DNA from: Octopus vulgaris
Lineage: Eukaryota
Direction of reading: 5' to 3'
Assembly (NCBI GenBank): GCA_951406725.2
Contig: OX597816.1
Location: 162,254,001-162,318,000 of the forward strand
Length of the DNA stretch: 64,000 nucleotides
Below, piece by piece: positions 32,010 through 44,303 of this stretch (its first letter is position 1; every line of letters starts with the position of its first letter). Under the pieces are notes generated by a model that saw nothing but the letters and a program-made list of their open reading frames with translations, did not search any database and had not been told where the DNA came from. The translations under genes were made by a program, and so were the position numbers.

Positions 32010-32197
32010 CACACTTACCGGTTCGATTTTCACTCATTTACTTATTTATTTTTTTCTAAAATTTCCTTGCGTCTTACAACCTCTTCAATAGTCGTTGATT
32101 CTGTCCAATGATGATTATTGAAGAGGTTGCAAGGAGCAACGAAAATTTTAGAAAAACATAAATAAGTAAATGAGTGGAAATCGAACCGGCAAATGTG
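32010..32197. repeat. ~90-bp-arm inverted repeat with an HHR-like motif per arm
   Basis: Arms 32010-32097 and 32106-32197; two-arm consensus cta-TTGAAGA-G-GTTGC/GCAAC-GAAAATTT-tag. Confidence 0.65.
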
Positions 32198-34700
32198 TTA
32201 GGTAATAAGGTACTAAAAGAGAATGACTCCTCCCAGACACAATAAAGTATGCTTCAACACACGAATTCACATGAAGAATCTTGCAAATCAAATGCAAAGA
32301 TGAAATATATAATAAACTAATTAAAAAATGGTGGCATAAAAAATAATTGTTTCTCATTTAGGCAAAGAACAATATTTATAGGTGGCGCTTCTATATCACT
32401 TGCATCGATTTCAGTATATTACTGGTATCTGTTTTATGGAAAGGTTTTATATACAAATCTTAACTACTTTAGTTGTACAGCCAGCAGTTACTCGTGAGTG
32501 AACATAAGTTGGTAGCATTTATCAAGTTGTCATTAATGGATTTAGGTACCTGTGAAGTGGGTATAGTTGCAGACACCGTCTCGAGAGGCCGAGATCTTTG
32601 AGAGCATTCGGTTGGTTCTTATTACAGCTGAGCAGACTGGTGCGACGTGGAAAGAAATACATTTCTCAAAGACAGAAGACACCATTCGCTTCCAGATTGG
32701 AACTCACGTTCAGAAAATGTCTGTCATTTAAGCAAGCCAAAAGAAACTGCATATCTTCTGAAAAATTCCTCTCAAATAAAAAAAAAAAATAGCCCTCTGA
32801 ACAACGACCAAAGCGTGTACAACGGTCGAAGTGTGACACATAACTGCCATTAAATACTTGCGACATTTTGGTCCTATCCGCAAACCATCAGCATCACGTT
32901 TAGTACCATAACAACCACAGGAAGCAGCAGCTACTACTACTACTACTACTACTACTACTAGTACTACTACTACTACTACTACCACCACCACCACCACCAC
33001 TACTACTGTTGCTGTGCAGGGCCGACAGTTATTTCTATTGGTTCGTCTGTAAATACATGGTGGGTCGTATAACTACTTGTTTTGTTCAGGTTAGTGTTAT
33101 TACAGCTGCTGTCATCGTCGTTGCCGCTGTTACTTTTGGTGTTGCTCATCATCATCATCATCTACTATTACTACTACTACTCTTTATATTTAAACTTACA
33201 TAGTTTGAGTCTGAACTTTGATATTTTCCTTTCCCCTCATTCCCGACGCCCTTTTAATTCATTAGTGTTTTGTTTTGTACAGGTTTCATATAAAAAACAC
33301 ATTATACACAGACGGGCACACTACACTTGAAAACATGTATGTATGCATGTATGTATGTATGTATGTACGTGTATGAGTGTGTGGTATGACTGTATGACGT
33401 ATTGCCTATAATATATATATATGCACACACACACACACACACACATATATGTATACGTATCTACATGTATGAACGCATAAAACATATATGTCGATAGATA
33501 GAAAGAAAGAGATAATATGTATAATTAAATGAGTATATAAATATGTGTGTGTGTGTTTAATGCATATGTACATAAATATATAGATGCTTACAAATATATA
33601 GGGATACATATGCACACACACACATACATACATCTATCTCTCTCTCTCTATATATATTTATATATACATGTATATATATCACACATATACACACACACGC
33701 ATATATATATATATACATATATATATATATGTATATATATGTGTGCATACATACACAGACACACATATATCTGTATATATTATCTTCGTCCATCTTTATC
33801 TTGTGTCTTTACGAAGGTAAATCTCATAAATTCGTATTTAATTAAGCCAAGTTCAACTAGTGGAAAGACATTCATTGGTTACAAGGGAATGGTTTATTAA
33901 TTTCAACTAGGGGAGAGAAATAAAAGTCGATCGAAAAGTACTGTGCGTTACAAACACGTGTATAATATATGTACGAATATATATATCTATATATATATAC
34001 ATACATACATACATACATGCGTACACACACACACACATATATATATAGTAACATGTGTGTGTGAAAAGCGATGGAGAATAAGAGCCAAAGAGAGAGAAGG
34101 GAAGGGGGCCCGCATTTTTCGTACACTATACGATATCATCTATTTTTTAATGTCGGCTTGAAATTTATTTGAAAATCGAAACCAGAAATAAAACGAATAA
34201 GGACACACTAAAGCAACCGACAAAAATGACATAAAAATAGAAAAGTAAAGCTAACAAAAATCAAAAAAGGAAATCCCTATAAAATTGTAATAAAAATTTC
34301 ACATTTATTACTTCATGTTTTTGTTAAATTTTTTTACCTCGTTATATTTTTTGTTACATGATTTTTGTATGTACGTTCTCTTATTCTTCGTCTTTTATGT
34401 GACATTTTTTGGTGTTTTCTTTTAACCGTCTGAGATAAGAAAACCGTACTTATAAAAATATAGTGTTTGAAACAACTTGTATGATAGACTTTTTTAACTT
34501 ACACACTACGATAGTAAAAACTTATTTATTCGTTCTCTAATTTAAAAAAAAAAAATTATTTAAATGTGAGAAGATGGCTGAATCGTTAGCAACGTTGGAC
34601 AAAATGTTTACATGCATTTTTTCCTCCTCTTTATGTCCTGAGTTCAAATGCCGCTGATGTCAACATTTCTTTGGACTCTCTCAGGACCAATAAAACCATC

Positions 34701-35470
34701 AAGGCGCAGGCGGGGCTGTGTGGTAAGAAACTTTCTCCCAATCATATGGTTCCGGGTTCAATCGCACTGTATAACACCTTGGGTGAGTGCTTTGTACAAT
34801 ATACTCAGGCCGACCTTGGTAGATAGAAACTGAAAGAAGCTGTCATGTGCGTGTGTATATATATTCTTTTTCTTTTACTTGTTTCAGTCATTTGACTGCG
34901 GCCATGCTGGAGCACCGCCTTTAATCGAGCAGCTCGACCCCAGGACTTATTCTTTTGTAAGCCTAGTACTTATTCTATCAGTCTCTTTTGCCGAACCGCT
35001 AAGTAACGGGGACATAAACACACCAGCATCGGTTGTCAAGCAATGCTAGGAGGACAAACACAGACACAAACACACGCATATATATATATACATATATACG
35101 ACGGGCTTCTTTCAGTTTCCGTCTACCAAATCCACTCACAAGGCTTTGGTCGGCCCGAGGCTATAACAGAAGACACTTGCCCAAGGTGCCACGCAGTGGG
35201 ACTGAACTCGGAACCATGTGGTTGGTAAACAAGCTACCTACCACACAGCCACTCCTGCGCCTATATATATATTCATGTCTGTGTCTGTTCCTCACAATAA
35301 GTATTGATTTATTTACGTCCCCTCAACCAAGCGGTTTCGCAGAAAGAGATGGATAGAATAAGTACCATTCTTTAAATTAATAATAAAAACTGGTGTCGAT
35401 TCATTTGATTAAAATTTTTTCGAGGCAGTGCTTCATCATGGCCACGATCTAATGATTGAACCAAGTAAAT
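34701..35470 (+). mobile_element. Old SINE family A copy (+) interrupted in its internal microsatellite by a younger copy (-)
   Basis: Head 34701-34850 and tail 35275-35470 flank the inverted copy at 34865-35262. Confidence 0.7.
34865..35262 (-). mobile_element. SINE family A, full length
   Basis: Closely similar to the copies at 29067, 39265 and 58936. Confidence 0.9.
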
Positions 35471-35818
35471 GGTCAACAAGGCATCAAGTGCTGGCAGTTA
35501 TCCACCCTCTTCCTCTCGCTAAAAATTTCGATTTTGACTTTCATTCTTCCAGCCTGATAAAACAAAACATCCATCATTTAGCTATTTGAACCTGCGATTA
35601 CGCTTTAGCGAGCTCGTTTTAGTTTGACTTACACTCCTGCAAAAGTCGTTGATCGTATGGTTTTGTTCTTATGGCTGAAAATAATGTTGTGTCTATCAAT
35701 TTAACCAGCTGTAAACACAAAAACATACGACAGCCAACTTTTGTGTCTTCCTGAGGAATAGGCAAAAAAATTTCATCCTTGAAGTATATTCGTAGATTCA
35801 TATAGTTACACATTGATA

Positions 35819-36048
35819 GGCGGCGAACTGGCAGAGATGTTAGCACGCCGAGCGAAATGCTTAGCGGTATTTCATCTGCCGCTACGTTCTGAGTTCAAAT
35901 TCCGCCGAGGTCGACTTTGCCTTTCATACTTTCAGGATCGATAAATAAAGTACCAGTTACGCACTGGAGTCGATGTAATCGACTTAATCCCTTTGTCTGT
36001 CCTTGTTTGTCTCCTCTATATTTAGCCCCTTGTGGGCAATAAATAAAT
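35819..36048 (+). mobile_element. SINE family B with 17-bp TSD
   Basis: TSD atatagttacacattga at 35800-35816 and 36049-36065. Confidence 0.92.
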
Positions 36049-37075
36049 ATATAGTTACACATTGAATATGCACCATTGAATATACACTACATCGTATGAA
36101 ATATTCTCTGATATCAGTATGGTTTATAATCTACTAATGTGTGATATTACTGCATATAAAAATATTTAAAATTGAATATGTATCGTTATAGGGTATGTTT
36201 GCAAATCAGTATTGTGAAATTCTTTTCCGTCTTAACTTTATATAGTGTAATGGGATTAACGTTGAGTTCAGTCTTTAATCCTTCGATGCTGAATTCAACT
36301 TGTGAGATCGTGTGGCGAGGCGGTTAGTGTATTGGAATCATAATTGTAAGGTGGTGATTTCGATTCCCGGATAGATTATCTCGTCGTGTTCTTAAACAAA
36401 ATAATTCGCTTTGGATTGCACAAATTCACTCAGCTTATAATGGATATCAGTAACATCTTGGGGTGTTTTAAAGCAACAAGCTGACATGTTCATTAGAGCT
36501 TCGGAGAAAAATGTCTTACTGTGTTTTATCCAACTTTTTACATTCTGAGATCAAATTCTGCTGGTGTCACCTTTGTCTTTCATCCTTTCGGGGTCGATAA
36601 AGTACAGCAACAGCCAAATACTAAACACAGTAGCCTTGATTAACTACGTCCTTCCCTCAAATTACTGGCGGTGACATCTTAGAATCGTTAGAGGGCCAGA
36701 GAAATCTTTGCAGTGTTCCTTCTGGTGTTTTTAGTTCTGAGTTATAAGCACATCGATATCAACTTTTCTTTTCATCCTTCCGCGATTAAATCATGCTGTG
36801 TGGAAGTAGAACACCCCTATTTGGTTGGCCCCTAATGGACTGTGCCACAATATAAATGGACATGTGCAAAGAGCTGTGTAAAGCCGGAAGGGTGTTGGTA
36901 ATAATTTCTTTGACGTGAGTTCGAATTGTTACACACTTTTATTATATGTTTGTTGAAGGTCTCCTCGCGCGGGTGAACCAAGATTCATTGAATTGTTTAG
37001 ATTGTTGAATTATTAAATTGTAGAATTTTTGTTGCTGCGTTCTGCCTGTTTTTGAAAATTGTTTCTTCCCCTTTT

Positions 37076-38411
37076 ATGGGTGAAGTAGGGAAAAGAGGAG
37101 AAATGGAACGTGTCGTAAATTATGCATCCGCAACTACACAAGGTATTACGACAAACACCCTTGAAGCTAGCGAGATAAAAATAGGGACAAAAGAATGGAA
37201 AAAAGGAAACAAATTGTTACAAAAGGAAGGGGCACGTTTAAAGTTGACCCTACCAGAAGAAGTGACGAAGAATGTAGCAAGGAAGACGGTTGTGTACAGG
37301 ACGTTATCAGCCGCTACCAAGAAAATAGAGTTTGCTCCGATAGCGGCAACAGAGGAATGTCTAAATGAAGCGAGAGGATTAACCACCTTCTATACACGTG
37401 GAAGAAAATACTGCACAGTGGAGGTTAGGTTCTCCAGTGAGAGGACACTATTAACCACTCCCCTGAGCCAATAAGGACACAAAAGTGGGTGCTGCTGCCG
37501 ATGTACTGTGGCAAACGTGTTGCCAGAGTGAGAATCAGCAGAGTGTCCCCACCCCCGAGATCGAAGAGGCATGGCTGGTGTCAGCAGTCATGCACGGAAT
37601 TGAGGAAAGTTCATGGATTCTGAAGATAGCTAGTACGAAGAAAGTTAATTGATGGGGCTGCGGCCTAGAAATGGCAATTCAAGTTGGGTTAAAAGACCTA
37701 CATGGGATTGTAAAAGAGATTCCTCTACCAGAAGAATCTCTTTTTACGCTAAGAGTGGTGATGGAGGGTAGATCTCCAATGAGTTTTTGTGTGGAGTAAG
37801 AAGACATATGAAGGCCAAGTGTCTCCAGAAACACGAGGAAGAAATAACAGAAAAAGAAATTCAAGAAGGGAGTACAGCCGTAGAGGAGGAGAAAATGGAA
37901 GAGCAATTTACGGTGGTGAAAAGAAAAAAGAACTTAGAATCACCACCAAAAAGCCCCAAGGAGAAAAAAGAAAGACAAATGAAGAGGAGAACAAGAAAGA
38001 AAAGAGGAAAATGGAAAATCAAATGAAAAATTAAGGTAAGTGCGAACGCACGAACTGTCGCCTTCAGCTAGCAAGGAAGAACGAGTACGAAAGGAGAAAG
38101 GAAACGAAAGAGTCAGCAAAGTAGAGACAGAGATAATTGTGACGGACGAAGAGAGTGGTGAAGGATATCAGAGAACGATGCCTAGAGGGAGAAACCGAAG
38201 AAACCTCATAATAAGCGAAAAAAGCGTCGAAATTGAAAAGAGGGTAACAAAAATGAAGAATGTTATTATAGTGAAAATGGCAAACCCTGAAGGTAACAAG
38301 GGCGCGCTGATGGAGAGAGAAAGCGGGGAGAGGTTAGTAGAACTATTTGGGAAAAAAGAGTTGAAATATCACCACTTCAGTTTAGATACGATGAGCTGCC
38401 GCCTGTTGTAA
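37076..38411 (+). pseudogene. Decayed gag-like ORF1 with CCHC zinc-knuckle remnant
   Basis: Frameshifted frames ...RGRKYCTVEVRFSSE / WVLLPMYCGKRVARVRI / LRVVMEGRSP..CGVRRHMKAKC, followed by a K/E-rich region. Confidence 0.6.
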
Positions 38412-38444
38412 TTTTTGACGATATAGTACAATATTTGTACAAAA

Positions 38445-38675
38445 GGCGGTGAGCTGGCAGAAACGTTAGCACACCGGGCGAAATACTTAGCGGTATTACG
38501 CCTGCCGCTACGTTCTGAGTTCAAATTCCGCCGAGGTCGACTTTGCCTTTCATCCTTTCGGGGTCGATTAAATAAGTACCAGTTACGCACTGGGGTTGAT
38601 ATAATCGACTTAATCCGTTTGTATGTCCTTGTTTGTCCTCTCTGTGTTTAGCCCCTTGTGGTTAGTAAAGAAATA
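38445..38675 (+). mobile_element. SINE family B with 20-bp TSD, nested in the ORF1-only element
   Basis: TSD gatatagtacaatatttgta at 38420-38439 and 38676-38695; Meta-like gcctttcatcctttcggggtcgattaaataagtacc. Confidence 0.93.
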
Positions 38676-39050
38676 GATATAGTACAATATTTGTAGTAAT
38701 TTTGTGTTAAAGAAAAAGATACAAGACTGTAAAGTAACATTGTAATTTAGAAAACAGTAAAATGAAACTACTTGCTTTATGGGACAGGTAAGTCATTTCA
38801 TCCTCATTTTCATCATGTTAATAATGCATCCCATATATAATTATATGTACCCCATTGTCTTATTTTGTCTGTCTTTGTGGTATCTATCCCCTTTTTATAA
38901 AAACCATGTACCTAAATTAAAAGAAATAGAGCTGTGTAGTTCCGAGAGTTGCGTATTGTCGAGTGTAATTACAAGTGTTTTTTTTATCTTGAGTTGAACG
39001 ATTTGCGAGAACGCTATATATTAACCCGTTACAGCGTACGTCGAACGTGC

Positions 39051-39223
39051 GATACAACAGTGGTGACGACGGTTCGGACAATATTGCCACTGATACAACA
39101 GTGGCGACGAGGATACGGACAATATCGCCACTGATACAACAGTGGCGACGAGGATACGGACAATATCGCCACTGATGCAACAGTGGCGACAAGGATACGG
39201 ACAATATCGCCACTGATACAACA
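39051..39223 (+). repeat. 4.2 x 41-bp tandem repeat: LTR-end-like GATACAACA plus tRNA-Ser(GCU)-type PBS
   Basis: Unit gatacaacagtggcgacgaggatacggacaatatcgccact at 39051, 39092, 39133 and 39174, plus a final gatacaaca. Confidence 0.85.
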
Positions 39224-39264
39224 AATAAATGGATTCAATTGTATCGATTTAGACCTTACATTTC

Positions 39265-39491
39265 ACTCTCTTTACTCTTTTACTCTTTTACTTGTTTCAG
39301 TCATTTGACTGCGGCCATGCTGGAGCACCGCCTTTAGTCGAGCAAATCGACCCCGGGACTTATTCTTTGTAAGCCCAGTACTTATTCTATCAGTCTCTTT
39401 TGCCGAACCGCTAGGTGACGAGGACGTAAACACACCAGCATCGGTTGTCAAGCAATTCTACGGGGACAAACACAGACACACAAACACACAC

Positions 39492-39524
<33 letters not shown>

Positions 39525-39696
39525 CATATATACGACAGGCTTCTTTCAATTTCCGTCTACCAAATCCACTCACAAGGCATTGGTCGGCCCGGGGCTATAG
39601 CAGAAGACACTTGCCCAAGATGCCACGCAGTGGGACTGAACCCGGAACCATGTGGTTGGTTAGCAAGCTACTTACCACACAGCCACTCCTGCGCCT
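39265..39696 (-). mobile_element. SINE family A, full length
   Basis: As 29067-29497. Confidence 0.9.
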
Positions 39697-39728
39697 ATAT
39701 GGCTTTGTGCCTAAAACCATTTATCATT

Positions 39729-40116
39729 CAGTTCTATATTTGAGAGATGAGGAATTATGTACATTATTTATAATTCACGGATATTTGTCCTCATCTTGTT
39801 CGTTGTTAACACAACCTTTCGGCTGATATATGCTCCAGCCTTTATCAGGTGTCTTGGGGAAATTTCAAACCTGGATTCTCAATCCCTAGCGGTATTTCGT
39901 CTGCGTTACGTTGTGAGTTCAAATTCCGCCGAGGTCGACTTTGCCTTTCATCCTTTCGGGGTCGATAAATTAAGTACCAGTTACGCACTGGGGTCGATGT
40001 AATCGACTTAATACCTATGTCTGTCCTTGTTTGTCCCCTCTGTGTTTAGCCCCTTGTGGGTAATAAAGAAATAGGTATTTTTCGTTGTTGTTGTTGTTGT
40101 CCTCGTTGTCCTTCTT

Positions 40117-40189
<73 letters not shown>

Positions 40190-40498
40190 TCACTGCCTGG
40201 AATCGAACTCGGAATCTTGGGGTTAGTAGCCCGCGCTCTTAACCACTATACCATACGGGCATATGCCTAAGTGGTTAAGAGCGCGGGCTACTAACCCCAA
40301 GATTCCGAGTTAGATTCCAGGCTTACCTGAATGATAATAACAGCAACATCGAAAAATACCTTAGGAATGAGGACCCAGATTCGAAATTTCCCCAAGACAC
40401 CTGATGAAGGCTGGAGGGTGTATCAGCTGAAACGTTGTGTTAACAACCAACAAGATGAGGACAAATATCCGTGAATTGTAAATAATGTAACTAATGTA
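39729..40498. mobile_element. Head-to-head pair of tRNA-headed, HHR-bearing PLE-derived units (family T)
   Basis: 11-bp TSD catttatcatt (39718-39728, 40499-40509); arms join near 40257; a headless SINE B is nested at 39889-40073. Confidence 0.85.
40396..40441 (+). ncRNA. Minimal type I hammerhead ribozyme motif
   Basis: gacac-CTGATGA-A-ggctg(10 nt)cagct-GAAAC-GTT-gtgtt: 5-bp stem I, 5-bp stem II, palindromic stem III (ACGT). Confidence 0.75.
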
Positions 40499-40509
40499 CA
40501 TTTATCATT

Positions 40510-41361
40510 TGTTTCTACTATAGGCACAAGACTTCAAATTTGAGGGAAAGTGGCCCCGTCGATTACATCGATATTGGTGCTCAACCGACACATATTTTAT
40601 CGACCGAAAGGTAAAGTGGACCACGGCGGAATTTGAACTCGGAGCATAAAGAAAGATGAAACACCGCTAAGCATTTTGTCCAGTGTTCTAATGAAGCTGC
40701 CAGCTCACCGCCTTAGAAATATTTACTGGTTTCAAAGTTTGGCAGAAAGCCAGCAATTCCGGGTGAGGTTAGTCGATAACGTCGACCACAATGCTTTTTT
40801 CATCGACCCCGAAAGGATGAAAGCGTAAGTCGACCTCGGCGGAATTTGAACACAGGACGTCATAACGGATAAAATGCAGTTAGCATTTTGTCCAGCGTTC
40901 TTAACGATTCTGTCGGTTCGCCGCCTTTTGGCAAATATTTATTTTTTATTGCCCATAGGAGCTAAACATAGAAGGGACAAACAAAGACAGAGAAAGAGAG
41001 AAAGGGATTAAGTCGATTACATCGACCCCAGTGTGTAACTGGTACATATTTAATCGACCCAGAAAGGACGAAAGGCAAAGTCAACCTCGGCGGAATTTGA
41101 ACTCAGAACGCAAGGACAGACAAAATAGCCAGTTCTTTACTACCCACAAGGGGCTAAACACAGAGAGGACAAACAAGGACAGACAAACGGATTAAGTCGA
41201 TTATATCGACTCCAGTGCGTAACTGGTACTTATTTCATCGACCCAGAAAGGACGAAAGGCAAAGTCAACCTCGGCGGAATTTGAACTCAGAACGTAAGGA
41301 CAGACGAAATAGTGCTAAGCATTTCGACCGGTGTGCTAACGATTCTGCCAGCTCGCCGCCT
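40510..41361 (-). mobile_element. Cluster of SINE family B copies, including a tandem dimer
   Basis: Four gtcRacctcggcggaatttgaa-like cores; dimer at about 40940-41361. Confidence 0.85.
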
Positions 41362-42268
41362 ATTGGCAAATATTGAACATGGTTGTCACTAACACAAGTC
41401 TGGCATGTTGAGATATTAAGATCTGGGCACCATTAAGTTACATACCTTATATTACAGAGATACGTCGCTGGAGGTCGTTTATTAACAAGAAAAACATGGC
41501 GGGTTATAACTATGGAAAAAAAAAATCCATGTAAGTTAAAAGCATGATGAAAACTAGAACCAAAAAAAAATTTAAAAAACTACAAAGATTTCACTCGTAG
41601 AATGACGAAGCAATCATTAAGCTGTTTTTAAAATATGACATGGTATGGTTAAAATAAGAAACAAATAAAGAATTATAATTATTTAGAAAAAAAACACACA
41701 AATAAAAAAGTAATAAAAAGACAAAAGAAAAGAAACGGTTTTCTGTCTTTCAAATATTCAGTTAACAAAGTAAAGCAAAAAACAACAAAACACTGTATTG
41801 CTTCAAATCTTGAGAAAATGTGAACATTATTTAAATATACCCCATTCTATTCTATAGATATTTTAATAAGTTTTCAACACTACCCTATCTTAAACGAATG
41901 CTTACACTTCAATCAAACCTACTTGGAAATCTAAGCTCTTCAAAAAATGCCATTAAAATAAACCGTTGTTGCTATTCTCTTCTTTCGTCAAAATCTGTGA
42001 AGATAATGCCAACATGTAAAAGACAGCTGTTTTGATATTTCTGGCTTTATTACAAGGAAAGCGCGACGGGGTTGTTTGGAATTCTCCCATATTTGAGCAG
42101 ATATTGAGTTCTGTCCATATAGCTAGAAGCACGCACGAAGACTACCGATAGAGAGTGTGATGACAGTCGGATAGCGTTACTTCAAAACCTCGTTTTTCAA
42201 GGTATCAAATGGAAAGGAAAAGCAGAGTAGTAGCAGTGGCAGCAGTAGTAGTAATTGTAGTAGTAGTA

Positions 42269-42318
<50 letters not shown>

Positions 42319-42474
42319 TCATGCGTGTATATATGAGGAAGTGTGAAAATTTACACTGCATTGTAAGATTTCACAAGTAGATAACGGCTTTACTGTGTAT
42401 ATGCGTTACACGTGTGTGTGTATGTGGTGCGAATGTATGTGTATACAAACATGTTTGCGCATACGTGTGCGTGC

Positions 42475-42526
<52 letters not shown>

Positions 42527-42917
42527 ATATGTGTGTATACATGTATATATGTATGTATATAACCATGTGTATATATATATATGTATATATATATATACAT
42601 TTATATATCCATTTATTTATAAACATATGTGTATATATATATATGTGTGTGTGTATGTGTGTGTGTGTGTATGTGTGTGTATTTGTAAATGTAGTATGTA
42701 TGTGTGAATATACACATATATGCATATATTTCTATCAATATTTATATGTGTGTTTGTGAACACGTCTATGAAAGAATGCGTGTATACTTACATACATACA
42801 TAAAGACACATACATACACATATGTATGTGTGCATGTATATATCATATAGACATATATAACTTACATACACGCATATACATACACATAGAAATATACACA
42901 CAAACCACACACACGCA

Positions 42918-42954
<37 letters not shown>

Positions 42955-43871
42955 ACAGAGAGAGAAAGAGGGAGAGAGACGGAGTACATGTGTGTGTATG
43001 TGTAAACATATAATACATACATACATTGTATGTATGTGTGTGTGTGTATTTACCTGCGTATGTCTGTTTAACAAGATATACTGATGAAAGTGTGTGTATG
43101 TGGGGGTTTTTGTGGGGAATGGTGTTTGTTAAGATGCAAATATAACTCACACCAGTGGAGAAAGTATGTGTGTGTGTCAACAGAATATCTCGGTTCATGT
43201 TTGGAGATAGTTTCTGAATATTTGTGCTTAGTACGAAATCTTTATCACGAGATAAAATAAAACAAAACAGGAGCGACACCTACCGTGCATTATATCACCC
43301 ACTGGAGGTAATTCCTTCTTAAATGTGTACTGGAAAGTTGTGTGTTTTGTGCGTGCGTGTGTTTGTGTTTGTATGCTATCATTGTGGCTGTTTAGCCCCA
43401 GGTGTGTCTTCATTGAGCAGATCTATGATCAAAGGTATTCCAGTCATATCTTTTTATCTAATGTTTCCTTCCTTTTTATAAGTCAATTTCGTATGATTAC
43501 AGGAAGTTTGGCTGCTATTCCGCGGATGACCATAACCAAGTTCCCTCCCCGTCTTACCTTTCCTTGTCTGTTGTAACCCTTTAATCTCAACAGGTATCGT
43601 TTAACCATAAGAAACATCTATGATCAAAGGTTTTCCAGCCGTGACCATCTCACCTTTTACGCCCTACATTACAGAATGTATTCATCCAGTTTTTTAAATG
43701 GTAGAAAATAAACATTTCCTCACATTTCCTTTTCGCTATGAACCCGAGAATATTTACATCAAATCGTGAGGCAGTTCAAACTGTGGTTTATTTTCTACGC
43801 AGTGATACTCATAAAGTGCTACGCTAATTTACGAACTATGGTCAACAGTATGTCTGTCCAGCTCACCTTTA

Positions 43872-44303
43872 CATTTGGCGGAATTTTGTTCTCACCTTGT
43901 TTGTCCTCATCTTGGGGAACTTCGAACCTGGGTATTTTTCGATGTTGTTGTTGTTATTATTATTATTAATAATTGAACTCAGCATCTTGGGATTAGTAGC
44001 CCGCGCTCATAACCACTACGCCATACGCCCGTGGGCAATTATGGGGTGAATTTTAGGGCTTATAAATCTAATATTTTCCTATCCTTCCTTAATACCGGTT
44101 CCCATATGCTACTCATATCTGCACTCGGTTTGCTTAAGAGGTTGTTGTGTCATAGCATATGAGCTGCTTCTTTTAGTTTCCATATTTTCCAATGGTGTTC
44201 TCTGCCTATTATTTTAATTTCATCCCACAGGGGACAAATATCCTTCAAATGTAAATAATGTAAATAATGTGCATAATTCCTCATCTCTTAAATATCGAAC
44301 TGT
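43872..44303 (-). mobile_element. 5'-truncated Penelope-like element: GIY-YIG C-terminus, tRNA-headed pseudo-LTR, short inverted tail copy
   Basis: 44230-44060 reads LWDEIKIIGREHHWKIWKLKEAAHML*HNNLLSKPSADMSSIWEPVLRKDRKILDL*; tRNA-like head begins at 44030; inverted tail at 44231-44303; TSD agctcaYcttta (43860-43871, 44304-44315). Confidence 0.8.

Larger units (their letters stand above)
36881..38928 (+). mobile_element. ORF1-only non-autonomous non-LTR retroelement
   Basis: Direct repeat (a)gagctgtgta at 36870-36880 and 38928-38938; decayed gag-like ORF, no RT or EN; ends ...taaaagaaata. Confidence 0.65.

Noticed and set aside
39051-39223. CRISPR-like appearance of palindromic 41-bp repeats
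   Set aside because: Units are contiguous with no unique spacers, there are no cas genes, and the context is eukaryotic.
36797-39223. Complete solo LTR with TSD
   Set aside because: The 5' boundary is uncertain: the start is not the inverse of GATACAACA and I found no matching 4-6-bp TSD. It is reported only as LTR-like context.
40185-40329. Functional tRNA gene with ACT anticodon (also at 43972-44030 and 59782-59855)
   Set aside because: Acceptor and T stems pair poorly, there is no T-run terminator, and it is always embedded in the same repeat. It is treated as a tRNA-derived head, as are the SINE A, B and C heads.
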